Both the position numbers and the translations under genes were made by a program. Under the pieces are notes generated by a model. That model saw only the letters and a program-made list of their open reading frames with translations, was not told the DNA's origin and ran no database searches. Below are positions 18,911 to 27,466 of a stretch of DNA of 60,602 bases, one piece after another; within the stretch, counting starts at the first letter, position 1; each line of letters starts with the position of its first letter. The DNA is from Chloroflexota bacterium (GTDB lineage Bacteria > Chloroflexota > Limnocylindria > Limnocylindrales > CSP1-4): positions 1-60,602 of the forward strand of contig JACQEG010000073.1 of the NCBI GenBank assembly GCA_016200665.1. Direction: 5' to 3'.

Positions 18911-19624
18911 GTGTCCACGGCGAGGAGGACGTTCGAGATCGAGAAGATCGTCGTCGGGCTCGGGAATCCCGGCGAGCCGTACGCGAAGACCCGCCACAAC
19001 GTCGGCTGGATGGTCCTGGACCGCCTGGCCGATCGGGCCGGGTGGTCCGGTCGTGGGCGCGATCGCGATGCCGCGGCGACGATCGGCGGTCGGTACCAGG
19101 GCCTCGACCTCCTGCTCGTCAAGCCGATGACGTTCATGAACGAGTCGGGGATCGCCGTCCGGAAGGTCCTGGCGCGCACCCGGGCGCCGCTCACGGAGAT
19201 GCTCGTCGTCGTCGACGACTTCGCCCTGCCCTTCGGCAAGCTGCGGTTCCGCGAGGGCGGCGGACCGGGCGGCCACAACGGCCTGCGGTCGATCATCGGC
19301 GAGCTCGAGAACGAGCAGTTCAGCCGGCTGCGGGTCGGGATCGGCTCGCCCGATGCCGGGTTCCGGGATCACGTCCTGTCGGTCTTCCGGCCGGACGAGC
19401 GCGAGCGACTGCCGGAGCTGCTCGATGCCGCTGCCGACGCGGTCGAGGCCTGGGCCCGCGAGGGCACGAGCCGGGCCGCGACGCGGTTCAACCCGTTCGA
19501 GCTTCGACCGGCTGACGAGGCCCGTAAGGCGCCGGCCGGCGAGGTCGACGGGCCGCCGGACGAGCAGGGCATCCGCCGGACGAAGACGGGCTGGCGCAAG
19601 GTCCGGCCCAGCACCGAGTCGTGA
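18911..19624 (+). CDS. pth: Peptidyl-tRNA hydrolase with a C-terminal extension
   Basis: KIVVGLGNPG, TRHNVG, KPMTFMNESG, DD, GGHNGL. Start uncertain; GTG at 18911 is the nearest in-frame start. Confidence 0.93.
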   Translation: MSTARRTFEIEKIVVGLGNPGEPYAKTRHNVGWMVLDRLADRAGWSGRGRDRDAAATIGGRYQGLDLLLVKPMTFMNESGIAVRKVLARTRAPLTEMLVVVDDFALPFGKLRFREGGGPGGHNGLRSIIGELENEQFSRLRVGIGSPDAGFRDHVLSVFRPDERERLPELLDAAADAVEAWAREGTSRAATRFNPFELRPADEARKAPAGEVDGPPDEQGIRRTKTGWRKVRPSTES

Positions 19625-19634
19625 GGCGGCGTCG

Positions 19635-22600
19635 ATGACCGCGCCCGTCCTGCGCGGGCGGCGCGGCTGGGAGCGCCACGTCGCCGAGCGGTCCGCCGCC
19701 GAGCGAGCGATGCCCGGCCGCCGGATCCCGGACCTCTCGGCGCTGCCGCCGTTGCTGGAGCCCGCCGGCGCGTTCGCCAGCCTCCGGGAGCGCCTCGGGA
19801 AGCCGACGGAGCCGGCCGGTCGAGGACGACACGCGGGTCTCACCTCCGTGCCGCACGGGGCAAAGAGCTACCTTGCCGCGGCGCTGGCGATCACCGCCGG
19901 TGAGCGGATCCTGTGGATCGCCCGCGACTCCGAGATCGGCGACCGGGTCGCCGAGGAGCTCGGGGCGTGGATGGGCGATCCCGCCAGCGTGGCGGTCTTC
20001 GAGCCGCGCACGGCCCTCGCCTACGAGCGCAGCGAGCTCGTCGCGGACGAGACCGCGGCCCGGGTCGCGGCGTTGTCCGCCTGGCGGAGCGGCCGCGCCA
20101 GGATCCTCGTCGCGAGCGTCCAGGCGCTCGTCCAGCACACGATCCGGCCCGAGGACCTGCCCGCCGACCCCCGTGTCCTGCGCACCGGCGCGCGAGTCAG
20201 CCAGTCGGTGCTCCTGGCCGAGCTGCTCGCGCTCGGCTACGACCCGGTCCTCGAGGTCGCAGGGAAGGGCGAGCTCGCCCGCCGCGGCGGCCTCATCGAC
20301 GTGTTCCCGCCGTCGGCGGACCTGCCCGTTCGCATCGAGCTGTTCGGGGACGAGGTCGAGTCGCTGCGGCGCTTCGACCCGACGGATCAGCGGTCCGTCG
20401 GGCGGACCGACGAGGTCACGCTGCTGCCGGCCTCGGAGTTCCTCCTGCCGCCGGGCGGCGAGGCGCTCCGCGCGCGTCTCGGCCGGCTCGTGTCGCGGTT
20501 GCCGGAACGGCTCGCGGCCGACCTCGAGCGGCTGGCCGCGGCCCACGGCGGCGAGACGCAGTCACGTGCCGCGAACGTCGGCGACGCGGCCGAGGTCTGG
20601 GCGCCGCTGCTCGCGACCGCGACGGGCCTCGACCATGTGCCACCAGAGGCGCTCCTCGTGCTCGACGAGCCGGCCGACCTGGCCGAGGCCGCCTCGTTCC
20701 TGTGGCGCCAGGCCGACGAGCGTCGCGACGAGCTGACCGCGGCCGGCGACCTGCCGAAGGACTGGCCTCCCACGCTCCTCGGACCTCGAGACTGGAAATC
20801 GCGCCTCCTCGGGGCCCGGACGCTCGAGCTGACGTGGGAGTCGGAGGCGGCCGCCGACGCGACGATCGCGGGTGGCGGCAAGTCGTCCGGCGACCTGTTC
20901 GGCTGGCACGAGCCGTCGCTGCCGCCCGGGCGGGCGGCGCGGATCGCCGAGGCGGTCGAGCTGTGGCGCGGCGGCGGCACGGGGCCCGGCGGCGGCACCC
21001 CGCCCCGGATCGTCATCGCGTCCGACCAGGCGCCGCGCCTCGCCGAGCTCCTCGAGGAAGCGGAGGTCGCCGCCGGCGTGACCGACGTCATCACGGAGCC
21101 GCCGCCACCCGGCGCGGTGGCGCTCGTGGATCGGAGTCTGAACGGCGGCTTCGAGGGCGGCCCGGACGGCCTCGTCTTCGTGACGGATCGCGAGCTCTTC
21201 TCGAACGTCCGGGTCCGGCGACCGAAGGCGATGCGGCGGGTCGTGCCTCGGGACATCCTCGAGCGCCTGACGCCCGGTGACCTCGTCGTCCACATCGATC
21301 ACGGGATCGCCCGCTACGAGCGGATGCTCCGGCGCAGCTCCGGCACCGGCGACGAGCGCGACTACCTCGAGCTGTCGTTCGCCGGCGGCGACGCGATCTT
21401 CGTCCCGGTCGAGCAGATCAGCCGGGTCAGCCGCTACTCCGGTGGCGAGCACCCCCAGCTCTCGAAGCTCGGCGGGACCGAGTGGCTGCGGACCAAGCAG
21501 CGGGTCCGCAAGGCCGTCACCGACCTCGCCGAGGAGCTCCTCGCGCTGTACGCCTCGCGCGAGTCCGCCGAGGGCCACGCCTACGCCGAGGACGGGCCGT
21601 GGCAGGCCGAGCTCGAAGCCTCGTTCCCGTACGAGGAGACGCCCGATCAGCTCCGCGCGGTCGTCGAGGTCAAGCACGACATGGAGCGCGTCCGGCCGAT
21701 GGACCGGCTCGTCGTCGGCGACGTCGGCTACGGCAAGACCGAGGTCGCGCTCCGGGCGGCGTTCAAGGCGACGCAGGACGATTCCCAGGTCGCGGTGCTC
21801 GTCCCGACCACCGTGCTCGCGGCCCAGCATTTCGAGACGTTCCGGGCCCGCTTCGCCGCGTTCCCGCTCAAGGTCGCGCTCCTGTCGCGGTTCGTGTCGA
21901 AGGCGGACCAGGAGAAGACGGTCGCGGGCCTCTCCGACGGCACCATCGACCTCGTCATCGGGACCCACCGCCTGCTCTCGAAGGACGTCCGGTTCAAGGA
22001 CCTCGGCCTCCTCGTCGTCGACGAGGAGCAGCGCTTCGGGGTCGCGGCCAAGGAGCGGCTCAAGCAGCTCCGGCGCGAGGTCGACGTCCTGACGCTCTCG
22101 GCCACGCCGATTCCGCGGACCCTGAACCTGGCGCTCGCCGGCGTCCGCGACATGAGCGTCATCGAGACCCCGCCCGAGGACCGCCTCCCGATCCAGACGC
22201 GCGTGGCGGAGGCGAGCGCCGGGCTCGTGCGCGACGCGGTCCTCCGCGAGCTCGATCGTGGCGGCCAGGTGTTCTACGTCCACAACCGGGTCGAGACGAT
22301 CGAGGCCCAGGCCGAGCAGCTCCGCAAGCTCCTGCCCGACGCCCGGATCGTCGTCGGTCATGGCCAGATGGCCGAGGGCCACCTCGAGAGCGTCATGCTG
22401 ACGTTCGCGGCCGGCGAGGCCGACGTCCTCGTCTGCACGACGATCATCGAGTCCGGGCTCGACATCCCCAACGCCAACACGATCGTCATCGACCGGGCAG
22501 ATGCCCTCGGGCTCGCCCAGCTCTACCAGCTCCGCGGTCGTGTCGGTCGCAGCTCGCGGCGCGCCTACGCGTACCTGCTGTACCGGCGGCGCGAGCGGAT

Positions 22601-23288
22601 GAGCGAGGATGCGCGCAAGCGCCTCCAGGCGATCTTCAACGCCTCCGAGCTCGGGGCCGGCTTCCAGATCGCGCTGTCCGACCTCGAGATCCGGGGCGCC
22701 GGCAACATCCTCGGCGCCGAGCAGTCGGGCTTCATGGCCGCCGTCGGCTTCGACCTCTACTCGCGCCTCCTCGCCGAGGCCGTCGAGGAGCGCAAGGCCG
22801 AGCACGAGCACCGCGCGCCGGTGGTCGTCGCGCCGCAGGCCGTCCTCGACCTGCCGGTCGAGGCGCACCTGCCCGACGAGTACGTCCCCGACGAGGCCCA
22901 GAAGCTCGAGCTATACCGTCGCCTGGCCCGATCGCGAACAGCCGGCGACCTCGCCGCCTTCCGACAGGAGGTCATCGACCGTTTCGGCCCGATGCCCCAG
23001 CCGGTCCTGCGGCTCGTCGAGGTCGCCGAGCTGCGCCTCGCCGCGGAAGGCGCCGGCGTCTCCTCGATCTCGCGCGAGGAGGGTCAGCTCGTGGTCCGGT
23101 TCGGCGCCGGCCTGTCTCGCGCGGCGGCGATCCGCCTGGTCACGCCCGCGGCGCTGCCCGGGGTCCGCGGATCGGATCTCTCGTTCATGAGCAACCAGGT
23201 CCGGATCCGCCTGCCGAAGGACCCGCTCCGGGGCTGGCAGCTCACCCAGGCCGTCGTCGCCCGTCTCTCGGCCGAATCGGTGTCATAG
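19635..23288 (+). CDS. mfd: Transcription-repair coupling factor
   Basis: UvrB-like N-terminus (RGGLIDVF), CarD-like domain (GDLVVHIDHGIARY), GDVGYGKT, DEEQRFG, SATPIPRT, QLRGRVGR, DLEIRGAGNILG. Confidence 0.97.
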   Translation: MTAPVLRGRRGWERHVAERSAAERAMPGRRIPDLSALPPLLEPAGAFASLRERLGKPTEPAGRGRHAGLTSVPHGAKSYLAAALAITAGERILWIARDSEIGDRVAEELGAWMGDPASVAVFEPRTALAYERSELVADETAARVAALSAWRSGRARILVASVQALVQHTIRPEDLPADPRVLRTGARVSQSVLLAELLALGYDPVLEVAGKGELARRGGLIDVFPPSADLPVRIELFGDEVESLRRFDPTDQRSVGRTDEVTLLPASEFLLPPGGEALRARLGRLVSRLPERLAADLERLAAAHGGETQSRAANVGDAAEVWAPLLATATGLDHVPPEALLVLDEPADLAEAASFLWRQADERRDELTAAGDLPKDWPPTLLGPRDWKSRLLGARTLELTWESEAAADATIAGGGKSSGDLFGWHEPSLPPGRAARIAEAVELWRGGGTGPGGGTPPRIVIASDQAPRLAELLEEAEVAAGVTDVITEPPPPGAVALVDRSLNGGFEGGPDGLVFVTDRELFSNVRVRRPKAMRRVVPRDILERLTPGDLVVHIDHGIARYERMLRRSSGTGDERDYLELSFAGGDAIFVPVEQISRVSRYSGGEHPQLSKLGGTEWLRTKQRVRKAVTDLAEELLALYASRESAEGHAYAEDGPWQAELEASFPYEETPDQLRAVVEVKHDMERVRPMDRLVVGDVGYGKTEVALRAAFKATQDDSQVAVLVPTTVLAAQHFETFRARFAAFPLKVALLSRFVSKADQEKTVAGLSDGTIDLVIGTHRLLSKDVRFKDLGLLVVDEEQRFGVAAKERLKQLRREVDVLTLSATPIPRTLNLALAGVRDMSVIETPPEDRLPIQTRVAEASAGLVRDAVLRELDRGGQVFYVHNRVETIEAQAEQLRKLLPDARIVVGHGQMAEGHLESVMLTFAAGEADVLVCTTIIESGLDIPNANTIVIDRADALGLAQLYQLRGRVGRSSRRAYAYLLYRRRERMSEDARKRLQAIFNASELGAGFQIALSDLEIRGAGNILGAEQSGFMAAVGFDLYSRLLAEAVEERKAEHEHRAPVVVAPQAVLDLPVEAHLPDEYVPDEAQKLELYRRLARSRTAGDLAAFRQEVIDRFGPMPQPVLRLVEVAELRLAAEGAGVSSISREEGQLVVRFGAGLSRAAAIRLVTPAALPGVRGSDLSFMSNQVRIRLPKDPLRGWQLTQAVVARLSAESVS

Positions 23289-23305
23289 CGAAGGAGTCTC
23301 CAGCC

Positions 23306-23599
23306 ATGGCCAGGGTGATCAGCATCGTCCGTGGCGACATCCCGGCGGAGCGCATCGCGGGTCTCGTCGCGGCGTACGGCGAGGCCATCGAGCACGGCCG
23401 CCCGCCGGCAATCGTCGAGACGTTCCTCGCCAGCGGATCTGGGACCGTGGCGATCGTGACCGTCTGGCGGGAGCGCGCCGATCTCGAGGCCATGGTCGCG
23501 TCCGGCGAGGAACCCCTGGCGCGCCGCCTCATTCGGGAGGCCGGCGGTGCCCCGCAGGTGGAGTTCCTCGACGTCCTCCTCGGCGCCGGTCCGGGCTAG
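23306..23599 (+). CDS. Hypothetical protein, 97 aa, possibly ABM/dimeric alpha+beta barrel-like
   Basis: SD AAGGAG and ATG. Ferredoxin-like alternating pattern ending in IVTVWRERADLEAM. Confidence 0.7.
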   Translation: MARVISIVRGDIPAERIAGLVAAYGEAIEHGRPPAIVETFLASGSGTVAIVTVWRERADLEAMVASGEEPLARRLIREAGGAPQVEFLDVLLGAGPG

Positions 23600-23729
23600 C
23601 CAGCCGAGCGGCCATCTCGCAGGGTCCGTCGCCCCGCCGCCCGGTGACGAAGGGCACTGGCAGTCGCGAGGCCCCCTGCCACGCTGGCCGCGACTCAGTG
23701 CGTGGCGAGCGTCCCGGGGGAGGCGAACG

Positions 23730-24465
23730 GTGCGCTCGCGTTCGGTGTCGGTCCTGGCCCTGCTCCTCGTCGCGGTCTTCGCGGCGGCCTGCGCGGCGGG
23801 TCCCGCTGGCAGCCCAGCTGCTCACCCCGGCGGGCCGCCAGGTGATCCTCGACGTCTGGGAGCCGAACCGCTTCACGCGGCCGCCGACGGCCGACGACGT
23901 CCTCCTGACGACCCACGTTCACATGGACCACTACATCTCGGGCGTCGTCAAGGCGTTCCCGGGCCGGAAGCTCACGTTCGAGACCGGTCAGATCGTCCTG
24001 CCGGACGTCAAGATCACCTCGATCGCCGCGGGCCACAACGAGGGCGATCACCTCGCCGCGAAGGACGGCACCGACTACATCTTCCTCATCGAGATCGACG
24101 GCGTCCGGATCGCCGATTTCGGCGACCTCGGGCAGAAGCGGCTCAGCGACGACCAGATGGCGCAACTGGGCCGGGTCGACGTCGCGATCTCCCAGCTCGA
24201 CAACGACATGAGCGGCATGGCCGCCGTGAACCACAAGGGCCTGAACCAGATGCAGCAGGTGGGCCCGATGGTGTTCATCCCGACGGCCCACATCTCGCAC
24301 GAGACCATGCAGCAGGCCGCCGCGGCCTTCCACAGCACCTTCACCCTTGACCCATCGATCACCCTGACCCAGGCAGACCTGCCGAGCGCCACGACGATGC
24401 TCGTCATGGGCATGCAGGCCCGGTTCTACGGCAAGTTCCTGGCCCTCAAGCCCAACGACTGGTGA
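23730..24465 (+). pseudogene. Lipoprotein metallo-beta-lactamase-fold hydrolase, frameshifted at about 23793-23815
   Basis: [10 protein letters not shown] and GTG at 23730 give signal peptide VLALLLVAVFAAAC in one frame. The MBL domain (VILDVW, THVHMDH, GHNEGD, FGDLGQ, IPTAH) is in the +1 frame. Confidence 0.75.
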
Positions 24466-24489
24466 TCCGGGGCGGGCCGGGCCCGACGC

Positions 24490-25389
24490 TCAGGGACTGA
24501 CGGCCCGCTGTCCTCGCACGGCCTCCGCGAGGCGCTCGACCGAACGGACCGAGAGTGGCTCGAGGCCGACCATGAGGTGGGTCACGCCGAGGTCGGCGTA
24601 GGCGGCCAGCACGGCGGCGAGCTCCTCGAGGCTGCCGTCGAAGGCGTGGTCGTCGGGCTCCGGGACCGGAGGCTGATCCGGGTCGCGAACGCTGATGCCC
24701 ACGGTCGGCTGCACGTCGGCCCGTGATCGGCCGGCGGCCGCCAGCGCAGCGTCGAAGGCGGCCAGCTGCTCCGCCAGGCGATCGTTCGGCGCGCCGAACC
24801 AGGCCGTGTTCCAGAGATCGGCGTGCTCCGCCGTGAGCCGGAGCATCCGGTCGCGCCGGGCCGCGACAAGGATCGGGATGGGGCGATCCGGCTTCGGGGC
24901 GAGGGCTGACCGCTCGACGTCGTAGAACCGGCCGTGGTGGGTCACCTCCTCGCCGGCGAGGAGCCGGGTGATGATCCCGAGGGCCTCCTCGAACCGTCCG
25001 ACCCGGTGATCGAACGGCAGGCCCATCGCGTCGTACTCCGGTTCGTGCCAGCCGCAGCCGAGGCCCAGCACGAACCGCCCATTCGAGATCGCGTCGAGCG
25101 TGACCGCGAGCTTCGCGGTGAGGGCGGGCGGCCGGAAGGACGTGCAGACGACGAGGTGGCCCAGCGTGATCCGCCGGGTGACGGCCGCGATGCCCGCGAG
25201 CCAGGTCCAGGCCTCGTGCAGCCCGGAGAGCCGGCCGTCGTCGGCCCGATAGAGGAAGTGATCGGCGAGCCAGGCCGAGTCGAGGCCGCCGTCCTCGACG
25301 GCCCGCGCCACCGCCGCGGCCTCAGCGAACGAGGGCAGGCCCGACGGCCCGTCGCTGTCGCTGATCGGGAGCATCACGCCGACCTTCAT
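24490..25389 (-). CDS. LLM class flavin-dependent oxidoreductase
   Basis: MKVGVMLP, WLADHF, RPPALTAKLAVTLDAISNGRFVLGLGCGW..E, GIPILV-like region, ADLWN. Confidence 0.9.
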   Translation of the reverse strand: MKVGVMLPISDSDGPSGLPSFAEAAAVARAVEDGGLDSAWLADHFLYRADDGRLSGLHEAWTWLAGIAAVTRRITLGHLVVCTSFRPPALTAKLAVTLDAISNGRFVLGLGCGWHEPEYDAMGLPFDHRVGRFEEALGIITRLLAGEEVTHHGRFYDVERSALAPKPDRPIPILVAARRDRMLRLTAEHADLWNTAWFGAPNDRLAEQLAAFDAALAAAGRSRADVQPTVGISVRDPDQPPVPEPDDHAFDGSLEELAAVLAAYADLGVTHLMVGLEPLSVRSVERLAEAVRGQRAVSP

Positions 25390-25396
25390 CGCCGGC

Positions 25397-25449
25397 AGTG
25401 TAGGTTCGGCACGGCGCCGGGCTCGTGGATGCCGGTGCGCTGACATACT
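25397..25449. promoter_or_regulatory. Back-to-back -10 hexamers (TACACT on minus, CATACT on plus) for divergent leaderless genes
   Basis: Minus TACACT at 25397-25402 is 7 nt from ATG 25389. Plus CATACT at 25444-25449 is 6 nt from ATG 25456. Confidence 0.55.
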
Positions 25450-25455
25450 CCCGCG

Positions 25456-26880
25456 ATGCCCGCCGCAGCCGCCGCCCCGATCCCGGCCGGCCTTTGGTCC
25501 CCGGAGCGGCGAGGCCTGACGCTCGGGCTCGTCCTCACGATCACCCTCGTCGCGGCGGAGGCTCTCGCCGTGCCCACCGCGATGCCGATCGTCGCCCGCG
25601 ACCTCGGCGGCCTCGAGCTGTATGGCCTGGTCTTCTCGGGATTCTCGGTCGGGGCGCTGCTCGGGATCGTGGTCGTCGGCGCGCTCATCGACCGCGAGGG
25701 CGTCGTCCGGCCGTTCGTCGGCGGCCTGCTGCTGTTCGCGCTCGGGCTGACGATCGGCGGCCTCGCGCCGTCGATGCCGGTGCTCATCGGGGCCCGGTTC
25801 ATTCAGGGCATCGGCGGTGGGGCCATTCCGCCGGTCGCCTACGTCGCCATCGGCCGGGCCTTGCCGGAGAGCCTCCGGCCGCGGATGTTCGCCTACCTCT
25901 CGACGGCCTGGGTCCTGCCGGGGATCTTCGGGCCGGCGATCGCCGGGTTCGTCGCCCAGGAGCTGCACTGGCGGCTCGTGTTCCTCGGCCTGCTGCCGCT
26001 CATCGCCCTGCCCGGCGCGCTGGCGACGCGTGCCCTCGTGGTCCTCCACGAGGCCCATCCGCCGCGCGGCTCGGATCGCTCACTGCGGGCGCGCGCCGCC
26101 GAGGGCCTCGCGATCGCCATCGGCGTGACCCTCTTGACCGTCGCCCTCGAGACGGACCAGCCGCTCCTGACCGCCGGCCTGGGCGCGGCGGGTCTCGTCG
26201 TGACCCTCCTGCTCTTCCGCCGCCTCACGCCGCCGGGCACGCTGACCCTCGCTCCGGGCTACCCCTCGGCCGTCCTGCTGCGGGGCGTGCTCACCTTCGC
26301 CTTCTTCGCGGTCGATGCCTACGTGGCGCTGCTGCTGGTCGAGGTTCGCGGCTGGACGGCGACGGCGGCGGGCATCGCCCTGACCGCCGCGACGGTGTCG
26401 TGGACCGCGGGCTCGTGGGTCCAGGCCAGGCTCTCGGTCCGCTATCGGCCGGAGCGGTTCGTCCGGATCGGCTTCGTCATCGTCACGATCGGGATCGCCG
26501 GCCTCGGCCTGATCCTCGATCCCGCGGTCCCGGCCGAGCTGACGGTGCCGATCTTCGGGATCGCCGGCTTCGGGATGGGGCTGACCTACTCGCAGTTCGC
26601 CCTCATCGTCCTCCGAGACGTGCCCGGCCGAGGACAGGGCGCCGTGACCTCGGCGCTGACGCTCAGCGACACGATCGGGACCGCGCTCGGGCTCGGCGTG
26701 TCCGCGGCGATCGTCGCCGCTTCGTACCGCGCCACCGCCGGGCCCGGTCCGGGGATCGGTGGCGCGATCGCCCTGGGGGCGCTCGTCGCGGCGCTTGGCT
26801 TCGTCATGAGCTTCCGCCTGGGCGGCGGCACCCCGCGCGACGCCGCGACCTCCCGCGGCGCGGCAGGGGCGCTGGGGTAG
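25456..26880 (+). CDS. MFS transporter (DHA2-like, about 14 TM)
   Basis: GALIDREG motif A variant, LIGARFIQGIGGG, and many TM segments. Confidence 0.88.
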   Translation: MPAAAAAPIPAGLWSPERRGLTLGLVLTITLVAAEALAVPTAMPIVARDLGGLELYGLVFSGFSVGALLGIVVVGALIDREGVVRPFVGGLLLFALGLTIGGLAPSMPVLIGARFIQGIGGGAIPPVAYVAIGRALPESLRPRMFAYLSTAWVLPGIFGPAIAGFVAQELHWRLVFLGLLPLIALPGALATRALVVLHEAHPPRGSDRSLRARAAEGLAIAIGVTLLTVALETDQPLLTAGLGAAGLVVTLLLFRRLTPPGTLTLAPGYPSAVLLRGVLTFAFFAVDAYVALLLVEVRGWTATAAGIALTAATVSWTAGSWVQARLSVRYRPERFVRIGFVIVTIGIAGLGLILDPAVPAELTVPIFGIAGFGMGLTYSQFALIVLRDVPGRGQGAVTSALTLSDTIGTALGLGVSAAIVAASYRATAGPGPGIGGAIALGALVAALGFVMSFRLGGGTPRDAATSRGAAGALG

Positions 26881-26937
26881 ACTCGACGTTCCGCGTCCCG
26901 GATCGGCTCCGCCCAGTCACAGGAGGTTCCCGCCACC

Positions 26938-27459
26938 GTGTCCGCCGAGGCCCTTCGGGCCAAGATCCGGGAGGTCCCGGACTTCCCGAAGCCCGGGATC
27001 CTGTTCTACGACATCACCACGCTCCTCAAGGACGCCGCCGCGTACCGCGAGTCGATCCAGCTGATGCTGGAGCCCCACAAGGGCGAGGGCATCGACCTCG
27101 TCGTGGGCATGGAATCCCGAGGGTTCATCTTCAGCGCGCCGATGGCGTACGAGCTGGGCGTCGGTCTCGTGCCCGTTCGGAAGCTCGGCAAGCTGCCGGC
27201 GGACACGGTGTCCGTCGAGTACGCCCTCGAGTACGGCTCGAACACCCTCGAGATCCACCGCGACGCGATCCAGCCGGGGCAGAAGGTCCTCATCGTCGAC
27301 GACCTGCTCGCGACGGGCGGCACGGTCCAGGGCACGATCGAGCTGGTCGAGCGGTTGAAGGGCGAGGTCGTCGGCCTGGCGTTCCTCGTCGAGCTCGACT
27401 TCCTCAAGGGCCGCGAGCGGCTGCAGGGCCGCCGCGTCACGAGCGTCATCCGCTATTGA
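26938..27459 (+). CDS. apt: Adenine phosphoribosyltransferase
   Basis: IREVPDFPKPGILFYDITTLL, ESRGF, RKLGKLP, LEYG, IVDDLLATGGT. SD AGGAGG. Confidence 0.96.
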   Translation: MSAEALRAKIREVPDFPKPGILFYDITTLLKDAAAYRESIQLMLEPHKGEGIDLVVGMESRGFIFSAPMAYELGVGLVPVRKLGKLPADTVSVEYALEYGSNTLEIHRDAIQPGQKVLIVDDLLATGGTVQGTIELVERLKGEVVGLAFLVELDFLKGRERLQGRRVTSVIRY

Positions 27460-27466
27460 CCCACCG

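Noticed and set aside
18911-18946. Mutated start codon of pth (GAG AAG ATC where ATG/GTG AAG ATC is typical)
   Set aside because: An in-frame GTG 10 codons upstream gives a plausible protein, so no lesion needs to be assumed.
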